Positions 24,240 through 37,800 of a stretch of DNA of 64,000 nt are shown here, one piece after another; the first letter of the stretch is position 1; each line of letters opens with the position of its first letter. Both the position numbers and the translations under genes were made by a program. This DNA comes from Lingula anatina. Taxonomy: Eukaryota > Animalia > Brachiopoda. The notes under the pieces were generated by a model. That model did not search any database, had not been told where the DNA came from, and saw nothing but the letters and a program-made list of their open reading frames with translations. Location of the stretch: assembly GCA_051362555.1 (NCBI GenBank), contig CM120641.1:48056401-48120400 (forward strand). The letters are read 5' to 3'.

Positions 24240-25111
24240 CGTCTTGTTATGAAAATACATGCATTTGTATGAACACCCTCCAGATTTCACTTTCAGTATT
24301 TTATATGGTCCTGCCCCAGTTAAATGCGCAGGTGCTCGACAAAAAAAAAGTCGGAATATCGCGAAGTCACCCACACTGGAGAGATAAATTGAAACAATCC
24401 TTTGCACACTATAGCATTCATCTGCCGTCTCAAGTTATTTGAAATGTTAGCGGTATAGTATATAATAGTGTAGAGGATTGTTTCAATTTAACTCTGAAGC
24501 TCAGGGCGTCTACAGGGTGCGCTAGTTAGACCACGTTGCGCCATGCCTCCCTACGCCCTTCACGCTTCAGTACTAAAAAAGGTACATAGCTGGAACTTTT
24601 TGCCGCGCAGCGACGCTGTTGTTTTCACCGAACGCCTCCCACCGTATGACGTCTACTTGCAAAACCATTGCTGGGATATCGACGTCAAAAGTTGTAAAAT
24701 GGTGGCAACTGCACGGATTTGACACCTCTTCTACACTGTCGAAAAGTTAATGAATCATTGTGCACAGTGGCATAGCACGGGCATTCACTGCAATTGAAAT
24801 AAGCAGGACCAAAGATGGGCCTCTCCTCTTTCATTATATATCTCTCACTATATACATGCAGAGTAAATAAATATTTCTTTTATCATTATGCATCATATTC
24901 ACAAACCTAAAGCACTTGGTGAAACGAATATCGCTTGTAAAAAGTAAGCTTTACAATTTCCATATTTTTTGTTTTCATTACTCTGCTTGTTCTATTTTAA
25001 AACAATTAAAACAAACCTAGTTTGTATCTGCTCTAACGTTGTATTTTTACGAGAAGAGGTGGTGTACCAAATAAGTGTAACCGCTCATTCGACTGAAGCC
25101 TAGTGGGGAAA

Positions 25112-28100
25112 ATGGCATCAAATATTGACACCAGTAAGTATTTTTAGTGCTGAATATCGATCGTTAATTCTTTGAAGAAGTTGTTTTTATTGAGGCATGC
25201 CGACATATTGGAGTGTCACTACGATGTACATACATTTTTATAACTTAGTTAACATGCCTTGTAGAGGCTAGATTCAGGGGCGGATTTAGGCCGTCTTCTG
25301 GGTCTTCCAGAAGACGGTCAGATTTTCAAGTTTACCTTGACGGGTATCTAATTTTTTATCTGTCGGAAGACGGTCAAAATGGAGGATGGATCAACAAAGA
25401 TAACTTGGAAGACTGTCAGAAAATAGCTCTGTATCCGCCCCTGATATTTGTAGCGATACAAAGACGTCCGCGACCTTGCACATCGTTGCCAGAGATAGGC
25501 CCTATTTGTCTACTTGAACTGTTTTTTAATAGATTTGTCTTGAATTCAGTCAATTTTACTTAATGTCTCACAGAAATTGACGTTAATTGCAATTACATGC
25601 TGTAAAAAATCTTGACAAGTGTTATAAAACCACTGAAACGTTTCGCCCATCCTATACGTATTGCAACTTAGTGGTTAGTGCACGTGCTTGGGATATCGCC
25701 TATAACATGTCGGCTTCTGTATATCTAACAGCACCGCACTTGCTTGTCCATTATTATTTCTGGCCACTCTCTCTGCCATATCTCGCAAAAAAGGCGTGAC
25801 TTGGTTTAACGCTTACTCACGACACTCAAAAGCCTCTTGGACTTGGTCGATTCCCATACTGGTTGATTAATACCGTCATTGATACATTTTTCATAGCATA
25901 TTATGGTGCAATTGATAGACCTACTAAATGTACCTAATGTGATTATTATGCAACGTCGTTGATCTAATGTTTTTTGTTTGTCTTATCCCTCCCATCACCC
26001 TTACACTAGGACTGCATTCAAACGTATTTAGATCGATCCATCTAGATCGACCTAACTCCCTAGGGGTTCACGCTAAATTGCTGTCAGCTCAAGACGCTTC
26101 TAAAAATGTCTGTCACGCCTACAGAAGCAGCTAGGGTAAAGATAATTACCCCCTTACCGCTTTACTAGGCGTGACAGACATTTAAGCCGGTCAAGTTGAT
26201 AGCAATTTAGTGAGACTCCCTAGGGGAATAGATCGATCTAAATATCTGTGGGAATGGTAACTAAAACACAACCAATTAGCACATACGAAGAAGTTCTGCA
26301 TGTGTAATACTGCCAGCTGCAGTCATGGGTTATAACCTGTTTTAATCATGCTTTTAAAAATGACGGCACAGATATCTTGGGCCTACTGCATTACCACTTT
26401 CTCTCTCATCATGGGGGACCATAAAAGTTCTGTCTAATAATTTAACCTCTTATCACCTTCAAACATTTGACTTACGCATATTGCTCAAGTCTCCAGTGTC
26501 GTATTTTTTTTAGAATTAGAATTATCCTATTAGAATTGTTCCTTGTGGATGTGCAGGACTCACTGCTATGATGGATGTTTGTTTACAGATAGGTTTTGTA
26601 GATTCCGTTTCGCTGCTCTTCTGTTGCTCGTGCCCTTTTAGCCCTTAGATTTTATCTGTCATCTATTTTCTTTTTAATTTTAAATTGAACCAATAGTTCG
26701 CATTCATTTCTTCTTATCATTTATGATTTTATTCAATTTGAGCTTTGAAGCTTGCATTCATTAGGGCTATACACATGTAACTGTCAAACAAATGATGCCA
26801 ATTGTCAGTGTTATTTTCTTAATTGCGTCTTTAGGAAACCGCATTCTGATAGTACTGGTAGCAGTGTGTGCAATCGTTGCCGTAATAGCTATAGTTATAG
26901 CTGTAGTGGCAGTATCGAGATCCTCGACCACTCCAAACATCACCATCCAAGGTGACCAATCGACAACAGGTGGCGGCACCTCTGGACAAGGATCGTCTGC
27001 TGGAAGCTCAAGCTCAGCAGTCTCATCATCTGGAGGACGGATCTTTACGATTGCCATAGGGCATGACTGGGGCGCTCACGAATATATGTAGGTAGATTTT
27101 TCTGTAGAAAAAAGTTATCTCTGCCGATAAAGTTCATTGGCATATCTAAAGTCATTTCTTATGAGAAAGACATTTTAATCAACACACTGTGGTTTCTATA
27201 AAATTAGCAATCAAAGACTTAATTTTCACGTGCTAACATTCCTATCCATAACACATTGCTGTATTGTTCCTATTTCAGAGACACCTCTGGCTACTTGGCA
27301 GGCTTTCATTTTGATTTAATCGACGCAGGTAAATCGACATTTCATTTTCATCAATATGTTAAGTAATAATTGCATTTCAAATAATTTGATCACTGTTTGC
27401 TCCATCCCCATCTGATGCTCTGCCACTCATTAAAATAATTTGTCAAATGTCGCTTGTTGACATATACTACAACATGCAAGTTGATGTGTTAAGCCAAAAT
27501 GGTAATCTTCCGAAATAGTCTCAAGTCTCGCAACTAAACATAAAATCAAGCGAGATTTCTAGGGATTTGGAGGAGAACAGTCACAAACAATGGCAGACTA
27601 GCTTGTATAGGGAAACAAAGAAAAGATAACGGAATTTATCCACGGATAATTTCACTTAAGTTTTTGTTGTCTTTTGCACAACAGTCCCTGTGTGTACAGA
27701 GTATTCACATTTGTATTATGTAGGACTAGAAAGAAGACATTACCGGCGCACAGAATTTCACCCTTTTGTAAAAAGCTGAGCCCCAGCTCACGCGGGTTTT
27801 GTACATTTTCTAATCTTGTGTATCGTCATCCATTACTGACAGCCTCGGTTTAGACAGGCAGGCAATTAAAAAAAATATTGTAGGTAACATAGGTAACATA
27901 CTGGGTCGACATAGGCCTATTAGTGCATTTTATCAGATAGGGTCTACATATTATAAAATCGTGTCTTTTTAATTTTGGAATACTGATATCTTTTAGTTTG
28001 CACCGAGGCTGGCATGGACTGTCGTACTGTATGGGACAAGTACGTCAATTGTTGGGACTCCACCCCAGGACAACCCTCACACGGCGGCCAGGGTACGTGA

Positions 28101-30514
28101 CGTGTGTATGTGTGTGTGTGTGTATGTGTGTGTGTGTGTCAGCAAAAGATAAAGACAACAACTTCGTCACATAAATATCACTTATTGCAATGAAAAATAC
28201 AAATTTATCCCCATTTTTTTTTTTTTCAAAAATGAATGTTTTTTGTCTTGAAGAAAAATTACCTTTTAGTTGTTTGGGAATCGACATTGCCCATGTAAGT
28301 TCTGTCTGACTACGTATATTCATGTTCTCAAAATATTTCTGAAGCATAGGGTATGCGTTGGGGCAGCAGTTTGTTTTCTATCATTTATATCAACAATATT
28401 GGGGAATATAATTTAACCTTAACCCTAAATAGACAAATATGACAAGCGCTTGGGGCACTTGGTATTCAATATGTGTTCCAGTATATTATTCAATCTTTGT
28501 TCATTGCGCAAAAGAGGCTGCGAAATTCGAAGTAATATTACTGATAATTTTTTTTTACAACCAAAACATTTCAGGTTTGATGGGTCGTTGGTATGATGCT
28601 TGCACCGGCTGGTTTCCAACCATAGGTAGGGTTCAGGTGTTCAGCTTTTCTTCACCATTCCTCAAACCCCCAACCAGCTATTTTTTTACGAAGACTGGGA
28701 ACGCTGCTTCGTTTTCATCCAGAAATGTAGCTAACAAGAAAATCGGTAAGACACATACAGTATTATGTCGATAAGCATTACTATACTGTATTGAGAAAAA
28801 AGATGTTGACGATATTTTAAGTGTTTCAACAATAAAACGTCGACAGCTCACAGTGTTATGTTCTTCAAGTTACAGTCTGTTTCTGTAATAACTGTCAGTT
28901 ATACTTTCTCCAAACTACAAAGGGGCAAGTTGGACCCCCATCAAGTCTCTTTAATAAAGTTACTTTTAAAAGATGCTAAATTATTTCATTTGGACTCACT
29001 GCCGACGTTTTCTTAGCACCGTTGGATACGGTCACTTCACAAATTGATGTGATCAATTCTTTTACCCCATAGTTACTTAGTCATAAAAAAAAAATGGGGG
29101 GCCAACTTACCCCGGGGTCCAACTAGCCCCGGTCCCCCCTACTGTATTCACTCAGAAGATTCATATAGAGACTGCTAAATCACCCGTAGCCGTCCCTTAT
29201 GAAGTTGTCTTGTTAGTCTTGTTTAGTTTTTCTTTAAATAAATCCGTGTATCATATAGATTACCTGTATCAATGTATTACCATTGTATTGTCATTCAGGT
29301 AGGTAATAGAAATAGTAATATAAAATAGAAAATTAATCTATTTGATTATTCAAGGTTTCATTGATGGTTGGGCTAGTGACGAGAAATGTCTGGCCAGATG
29401 GATTGACGTCACGGGTCAGGACAATATGACCATCGTCCACGTTAATAACCCTGCAGATATCGTTGCCAAGTTGAAAAGTGGAGAAGTAAGATATATAGCG
29501 TATTCCATTCCGATCTTGAAATGTAGAAAGTGTTCAGTGCTCTTGAGACATTGCAGATAAAACGGAATTTGACTTCGTCATATATTACAGGAGAATTGAC
29601 ATATTTAAATTCATACAGTATGCCTACGATGAGGAGAATGCTACACAATCATGTTTGGTGGAAACTAAGAAACCGTTCCCAGAGCCTATCTATCTCCACG
29701 GGGATTCTCGCTCAATTTTAGATGCCTGTCACGTCTACTGAAGCAGCTAGGGGAAAGTTATTTATCGTTTAGCAGCTTTAGCAGGCGTTCCAGACATCTA
29801 AGCCGCTTAAACTGAAAGCATTTTAGCGTGAAACCCCTTAGACCCCTCTGTTAAATCGATTTAGGTATGGGATCCTAGTCTTAATCTACTCTTTTTTTTC
29901 ACAAATAGATAGAAGCGGCCTTCGTGTCTGCCTTAGACATGGCAGACTATGTATCCGAGGTTGAACAAGTCCCCGGGGCTGGGTTTTCTTGCATGTTGTC
30001 CGGCATTGGGATGATGACTAGGAAAGACAACGACTTCAACTCAAAATGGAACGCGGGATTCAACAAACTGGTCTCCAGCGGCAAGTTTAAGAAATTATGT
30101 GATGCTGCCGCTACAAAACACGGTGAGTCACATGAAAACAGCTCTAAAAGCATGATTCTTCAAACTCGGGATAACAGCTTAGATGTTGACATTGGATAGC
30201 TTTTCTAATTAAAATGTGAAAAACGACGACCACAGATGTTAGATGTTACATATAGTTTTCTAATGATAAACATGATTAAAATCCAGTCGGCAATAAGTAG
30301 TCTCACATAAAAATTGAACAGAAGAAAATCCTCACTGAACGGAACACACTCGAAAACAGGCGAAATGAAATTGAAATTGAAATGTCATTTCATACAACGT
30401 TATTTCGTCGCAATACTGTATGTTGGGCGAAGGTTATCACTTTTATAGTTTTACCTGTAAGTTATAAAACTTTTTGTAGGTTCTCGTGGTTCCGTGACCT
30501 GCGTCGATGGCTAG
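25112..30514 (+). CDS. Membrane-anchored family-3 solute-binding-protein-like protein, copy 1 (~323 aa)
   Basis: Exons 25112-25133, 26835-27087, 27279-27328, 27997-28092, 28575-28745, 29355-29485, 29909-30122, 30480-30514 (972 nt, open). N-terminal hydrophobic anchor ILIVLVAVCAIVAVIAIVIAVVAV, S/G/T stalk, then PBP2-like EYIDTSGYLAGFHFDLIDAVCTEAGMDC ... TIGRVQVFSFSSPF ... KKIG ... LKSGEIEAAF ... GMMTRKD ... WNAGFNKLVSSGKF. Confidence 0.85.
25275..25443. mobile_element. CAGGGG-terminated MITE (hAT-like termini, ~5-bp TSD)
   Basis: TIR CAGGGGCGGAT / ATCCGCCCCTG; flanks AGATT and ATATT; absent at the paralogous site in units 2 and 3. Confidence 0.8.
26010..26261. mobile_element. PIF/Harbinger-like MITE (relatives at about 29669-29880 and 31645-31858)
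   Basis: Palindromic TTTAGATCGAT...CCCTAGGGG...GCTAAATTGCT / AGCAATTTAG...CCCTAGGGG...ATCGATCTAAA. The paralogous site in unit 3 (about 47078) is empty and reads ACAC-TAA-AACAC, implying a 3-bp TWA target. Confidence 0.7.
28917..29145. mobile_element. Tc1/pogo-type MITE remnant
   Basis: GGGGCAAGTTGGACCCC near the left end is inverted with GGGGTCCAACTAGCCCC near the right end, which finishes CTG-TA. Confidence 0.5.
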
Positions 30515-31549
30515 AAATACCATGAAGATATCACCAAGAGCGGGAAAGAGACTGGAAAAGATAGATTACAGAAAGAAAAATACTAACTGACAATTAAGAC
30601 CCATCAGAAAGTTCAGTTCCTATTGTTTTTTGTTTTGTTTTTTTTTTTTTGCTGAAGACGGCCGTGGAATTTTCGGACAGTGTACAAAGATTTCCACATA
30701 AGAGAGAAAAAAAGAACAAAACACAACTCAGATATACAAAACCCATAACTCTTTGTCGTGATCTTTGACTAACATATAAAGATGGGATTCTTTGAGCATG
30801 GTACAATTTTAACCTGCTTTTAATATCCATCAAAATGCAAAAATAAAGTCCGTTGGTGTAAAACCGAATGTTTCTCGGTCACCATACTATTCGAACAGAG
30901 AAACCCTAAGACAAATACAATTGAAAGGATCTACATGTACCTGTTCTCACCTGACACAACATCAATCCTCTCTGGAGTCTTAGGATTGTCGACTTGTGAA
31001 TATTTCTAAAATTTCTAACTTATAACAAAGTACTAATTCAACAAAAATGTGAACATTTTTTATCATATTGGCGTAATTTTGATTTGTTCCATGATTTCCA
31101 CTGTTTTTTTTCACCATAGTACCCTCCAATATGGAAAGAAATAATCGGCAATTTATAAGTGATACAGTAGCTATGCAAATTGCATAAAATGTTTGTGTCG
31201 CTGGCGTGATTTTATTGTCTATTTCTTGTTAAATGACAAGAACTCATTTTCATTATGTCACAATATCTGTATTGAAGGGACGTTTGTCCTCATATAGAAC
31301 TAAGATATTTTCCAACAACAAAATATTTCAAAATATTTTTATTCAATTTTAGGAGAAGACTGCAAGCCTTATAGGCTGTTTTGTATGTATTCTGGAGAAC
31401 AATTTTCTTTCTTCTATTATTTTGTATTAAATGCTCAAAACTGTCTTATTAAAACAAACAACGCTTGTGAAAAATAAACATAACAATTATAACATGTTTC
31501 TTTTTATTAATTTCTATTAATCACTAATAGTGTTCTTTTCGGCTTGCAG

Positions 31550-31912
31550 TTTCGGACCACAGGTAAATGGCGGCTGAGGATACTCTGCCTCGTGGTGGAT
31601 ATCACGCTGAGACGGAACTATCACCAGCTGTGTAGGTAGCCTTACACCCCATTTCCAAAGATTAGATCGACCTACTTTAGATCGACCTAACTACCTGGGG
31701 GTTCACGCTAAATAGCTGTCAGCCGGGCGGACACATAAGTTAATTACCCCCTTACAGCTTGTAGTAGGCGGGACGGACATTTAAGTCGGATCATCTGAAA
31801 GTAATCTAGTGAGACTCCCCACGGGATAGATCGATCTAAAATCTATGGGAATAGAGCCTTAAACAGTTAACCATTACTTTATCTAATAGCAAATAAAATT
31901 CATTCATTGGCA
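31550..31912 (-). pseudogene. Inverted duplicate fragment of POLA2 intron 13/exon 14
   Basis: Reverse complement matches 21690-21836 (LPTQLVIVPSQRDIHHEAEYPQPPFTCGP), split by the MITE at 31645-31858. Confidence 0.9.
31645..31858. mobile_element. PIF/Harbinger-like MITE inserted in the inverted POLA2 fragment
   Basis: Homologous to 26010-26261; TTA on both sides; interrupts the match to 21690-21836. Confidence 0.75.
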
Positions 31913-32055
31913 CTGTACGTCTAGAAAGACTACATGATTGTGCTTTGGGCTGGACTGTTTGTCCTGATATTGCAGTGGGGAGTATGGCTGGAAAAGTCCA
32001 ATATCAGAGTGGCAGTCCCTAGCACAATGTGGACAATTAAAGTCCGACTCTGCTT
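31913..32055 (-). mobile_element. 5'-truncated 3' end of an RTE-clade LINE
   Basis: Minus translation FNCPHCARDCHSDIGL(F)-SH resembles the C-terminal CxxCxRxCxSxIGLxSH zinc finger of RTE ORFs, followed by a short 3' UTR ending TGCCAATGAATGAAT. Confidence 0.65.
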
Positions 32056-32833
32056 GGCAGTGTATCCTCAGCCGCCATTTACCAAATGACACCGTTTGCC
32101 CTCTAAAAATACCAAATTTTTAGGGCCCTTCAGCGGGCCCCGAGCCCCAAGCCAAGGTTTTGCATCAGAGACCTGTCATTCCTAAAAAGAAATGGACCCC
32201 CTTCCAATAATCTTGGATCCGCCCCTGCAGGGTGCGCGAGTTAGACCACGTTGCACCATGCCTCCCTACGCCCTTCACGCTTCAGTACTAAAAAAGGTAC
32301 ATAGCTGGAACTTTTTGCCGCGCAGCGACGCTGTTGTTTTCACCGAACGCCTCCCACCGTATGGCGTCTACTTGCAAAACCATTGCTGGGATATCGACGT
32401 CTAAAGTTGTAAAATGGTGGCAACTGCACGGATTTGACACCTCTTCTACACTGTCGAAAAGTTAATGAATCATTGTGCACAGTGGCATAGCACGGGCATT
32501 CACTGCAATCGAAATAAGCAGGACCAAAGATGGGCCTCTCCTCTTTCATTATATATCTCTCACTATATGCATGCAGAGTAAATAAATATTTCTTTTTTCT
32601 ATTATCATTATGCATCATATTCACAAACCTAAAGCACTTGGTGAAACGAATATTGCTTGTAAAAAGTAAGCTTTACAATTTCCATATTTTTTGTTTTTAT
32701 TATTACGCTTGTTCTATTTTAAAACAATTTAAACAAACCTAATTTGTACCTGCTCAAACATTGTATTTTTACGAGAAGAGGTGATGTAGCAAATAAATGG
32801 AACCGCTCACTCGACTGAAGCCTAGTAGGGAAA

Positions 32834-35800
32834 ATGGCATCAAACATTCACCAGTAAGTATTTTAGTTCTGAATATCGATCGTTAATTCTCTGAAGAAGA
32901 TGATATTATGAGTGTCACTACGATGTACATAAATTTTATACTCTATGATGACATGCCTTGTAGATATTATATTTGTAACGATACAAAGACGTGCTCGACC
33001 TTGCACTTAGAGATATTTGTCTGCTTGAACTGTGCTTTGAAATAGTCTTTAACTTCTAAAACTGTCTTGATATCAGTCAATTTTACTTAATTTATCACAG
33101 AAGATGTTGTTAATTGCAATTGCTTGGTGTAAAAATATTTGACAAAAGCTATAAAACCACTGAAACGTTTCGCCCATTCCATACCTATTACAACTTCGTG
33201 GTAAGCGCACGTGCTTGGGATATCACGTAAAATATGTTGGGTTCTATATATTGTACGCAACCACACTTGCTAGTCTACTAGTAGAGTCGTCACTCCTATA
33301 GGCCCAATAGTCGAACCTTGCAATGTTCTTTCCTGCAAACCTTTTTTGCTGAAAAGCATTTTTCAGGCCGAGAAAGGCAAAATTAGCTTGGCTGCTACTT
33401 CCGAGACATTGAGCATTTTTCAATATGGCCGTCAATTTATGAGGAAAAATAGGAAAACGACCAAAAGTAGCCTATGGCTAACAAAATATCATAATGAACA
33501 AAAATAATTAAGGGAGATATGATTTTGATAATACTAAATACGCAAAAAAAAAACGAACTAATTTTGCCGCTTTTTTACATTCTGCCATATGTTTTGACCG
33601 CCATTCTGGCTTTTTTGCCGAAAGTTACACACTTAAGTGTATTCACTAGTCCTGCTGTGCTCTTCTGATAGGGTAAACGTTCAAAAAAGCTCTTAATAAG
33701 TAAGCTTTACAATTTCCATGTCGTTTTTCTATTTCTTCTCATAAATTGACGGCCATATTGCATTTCAGCAAAAAAAAAAGTTTACAGAAGAAAACATTGC
33801 AGGGTTAGCGTTCTGGCTATTCGACTATTATTTCTGACCATTCTCTCTTCTATATCTCGCAAAATTTCGCTTAGTTGAACGCTAAAGGTCTCTTGGTTGA
33901 TTTCCATTACCGTCATTGATGCACAACTGCTTGTATCCTTTTTGTTTATATTACCCTTCAATTTGCTTGCTGCTTGTTTTACGTTGTCTGGCTCATTTCA
34001 TTCCTAGTCTTCTTTAACGTGCTAAGTTTCTTAAAATATATTCAAACATTTGCATGTATAAATCAACATTAGCATGTATAAATTAACTCCACCTGGCCTG
34101 GAAGGACTGCGTCGTGCACCCTTCCCTAGAGCTCATCTCCACTAATGATGGTTTTGAATTATTAAAGATGCATATGAAGTCAATTTTTGCCACAAAAACG
34201 GACCAAATGCCAGCATATAGTTTCAAATAGTATCACCAGGAGAATTACCAAAAGACATTGTTTGATATTACCCGAAAAATATTTGAAATGATTTGCCACG
34301 CCTACTTATGGTACTTGGAGACGCTTAGCTACCGACAAGTCCCCATATATATTTGCAATGTTTTCCTGTGCTAATTTATTATTCCATATATTCAATTTGT
34401 GAAACATTTATACATAATTATCTAACCCATCTTCCTCTGTTTCTTTCCAATTTCACTTCAGTTTTACTCGTAGCGTGATTCTTGCATACCAATACTAAAA
34501 CATCTTAGTCTCTAGTCCCCCCCTTTTTTGTCTCTAGTAAATACCTTGGACATTGAGGGAAGTAATAACCTTAGCACAAATGTCTTATTTGCACCGCGTC
34601 CTTCATTAAATACCTTTTTACCGACCTCGCACCAACCCTTTACTACATCGCGCCTAATAGAATATACTAAATCACCTTTGTATTCTGTTTGTGGAATGCT
34701 GGTACCTGGTTTAGGACACGTATATAATACATCACCGCAACAGGTCCACGCAAAGGAGAGAGAGAGAGATTTTGCGCGTAGGTATACACGGGCGCATCTT
34801 CATGCCCTTCAAATTTGGCTTGAAAACATCTGCTTTGTAGACCAACTTAGCCTTCCATTTGAGTAAAACTGAAATTGGGTCTAAAATTGTTATTTTTGCG
34901 AGTTATTGTGAATATATATCTCCACGTCCACGATTCTGTATAACAACATTGGGACACAGGCATCAAAATTTCAACTTGGCGCCGATCTTGTGAGTACGTT
35001 TTCTGCTTAGATAATGCATCCTATTTTGCTTTATATTCATGAAGTTTGTAAATGTAACCTTAAACAGATATAGAATCATCAGGGAAAAATACACTTAATT
35101 TCACATAGTTGGGAAAGCACGATGCGATCCTGAATCAACAGTTGAGCAGCGATGACATGAAATCATTTTTCGTGAATTACACATTAAAGTGAGTGCTGGA
35201 TATAGCTTATTTAATTAGTCTCATTTAATATTCATGTGACCGGGTCATTACGTCAACAATGGAAATCTCTACCCTCTACCAGGGCGACAGATTGATTTTT
35301 CACAGATATTCACAGATATGTCTCTAGATAAATAGACATAGTCATTTTGTTGTGATCATTTTGGCAAAAAAAAAAAATGTCCACAATAATAACTGCGGTC
35401 CTGGCAGAGGGTAGGAAATCTCCACTACTAACGCCGCAGTCCGTGGGCCGAATCTGCATGGGGTAACGAAACTACACTGTAGCTGTGGTTTCGCTATCGT
35501 ACGCGTCTGAAGGAAACGAAACAGCATCGGTTCATTACATCTGTCCACGTTCAGATGACAGGATTTATTTACACATTGTTCTTTTATGAAAAGCAGAATG
35601 TATTTCAGGCGTTTAAATCCCGAAATTGAACGATTTGTATAGTTCACGTGTATGGGAGATAATACGTTGTACTGAAGTTGAAAACAATGGTAATACACAA
35701 AAGCACGTTTTATTCACCCATCCAAATGCGACGAAGAGCAATTTTGTTTTTTTTTTTTTTTCTCTCTCTACTGTGTGAACCGTAAATGAACAAAAAATAC

Positions 35801-37741
35801 TGTGTGAACAAAAAATTGACATACTATTCTGAGAGCTGCAAAACAGACTGGTATCTGTATCCCAGATTTAAGCCCTATTTTAGTGTCATTTTCGGCTAAG
35901 AATTAAAAGATTTAAAACACACAACAATGTTTGGAAACAGAATTGATTGTTGTAATAAGACAAATGCATCCCCTTTCACATGAAAGCACCTACATTGTAA
36001 TTCAACATATACCAATATTTTGACAGACTTTCAAATATGATAACCTAACCCATTGCTGTTACCCAGTATCGTGAAAGTGCATATATACAGACTTGACATT
36101 TAATATGGAATATTTTTTTCGAAACAATATTTTATCAGTTTTTTCCTATTTTGCTAACTGATAAATAAAAATAAGGATTAAAATCGCGTTTTAATAACTT
36201 TAAATTACCTCTTTGATGTCATTGTGACATCAGTTCATTAATGGAATTCGCCAGAGAAGCAAACAAAAACACGTTGCCTATTCTATGTCATACGACTCCT
36301 ATTAAAAGAGATATTTTAGATCTCCATATTTTCCAAATTATCGTCTGTAAAAGGGTAATACCTTCCACAAAAGACCCTCATGTCAGTTGCTAGTCACAGT
36401 AATGGTCGTTGTTACGCCTGGCCTCTTCGTGGCTGTTGCCAGCGCTCTCAAGCGGCAAGGCATTTCTTGGGGGTAGGGTTTAAGAGTTCAATCTGGAATA
36501 ACATTCCAGGCATCGGTCTAAAATTGTCCAATCTGGTCCAGTTTTGTTGTAGGACATGTAGGCAGTTGATTGGTGAGTAATGGTCTACCGAAATATTGTC
36601 TATGTGGTTCAAATGTGGCGATTTTGATGACCAGGGTAGCTGCTCATTCCCTTGGTTCTGTAAGTTATCTGCTATTAAAAGTGCTCTGTGTGAACCTGCA
36701 ACCTCATCGTGCAACCTAGAATTGTTCCTAAGGTGCCCCCTATCAAATGATAGTCAAGTGGTTCCGAGATTATTCCTTTATTTGATCTGGTTCAGGTTTT
36801 CGTGGATGACTACCGTTGGTGTTTTGGCACCAATGTGGAATCTACTCCAAATACTGACGCTGTCAATCATCCTTGTCACTTTAGACCCGGCATATGCTTT
36901 GTCGTAGGCCTCTTCTGGATATCTGTAAACTCTGTTTTGACTAATTGGGCGGTACAGGTGAAATCTGACCTCAATAAAGAAAGCCACGCAGTTTCAGTGT
37001 TCTACCCAGAATCGTTCATGGCCCCCAATTCATTAGAGAAACAGACGACGATGTTTTGCTGTATACAGTGGGTACCTCGGAGGTCATTTTGTGTTCTTAC
37101 CTGCTAAAACCAGTTTAGTGTTCGCTAAGGGCTTTGAAAAATGCATTTTAGTGGCAATTTACCCCTCGTTCTGAACAGACTAAGTGATTTTGTTGAGTTG
37201 CAGCAGCGTATACCGAAAGACAGTGGGTCCTGTACCCTGTAGGTAAAATTTTGAACATTGGGGGTCACCTCTGTGTAGGTACATCAGTCTGGGCATTACT
37301 CTATAAAACTGTGGGGACCGTTCCGTTTGGCGCTATGATCTGTCTGGTTATGTCTGTCTTTTTCGCGCCATTCTGCCTTAGATTAACAAATTTGTAATGC
37401 ACTACTTGGCTCATTTTACGCACTGCAAAACTGACCGCTTGCATGCAACATTTCAAATTCTTCTATGCAGTAGTTGCCGAAATATGGATATTTTTTGACA
37501 GAACCAAGCTTTGCCTAAGCCAAGCTTTGATCAGCCCAAAGGAACACTACCCAATTAAATCACTGCAAATTACATAATGTAGCAGCGCAACAGGCATGAA
37601 AGTCAGTTAATTGGTAGTGACACACCTGACTGCACACTTTTACATTCACAAATCTTATATGAGATCGGAGTTTTTGAAAAAAGAACGTATTTTTACCTAG
37701 GTATACCTTCGAAACTGAAATATTCCATATTAAATGTCAAG

Positions 37742-37800
<59 letters not shown>

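Noticed and set aside
26752-27057. Cys/Ser-rich and antisense ORFs overlapping SBP exon 2 (also near 39.0 and 47.7 kb)
   Set aside because: They are alternative frames of the low-complexity TM/stalk exon.
32192-32742. ORFs repeated in the upstream regions of units 1-3 (MPPYALHASV...)
   Set aside because: Frames are not preserved between copies (indels and stops); the similarity reflects segmental duplication.
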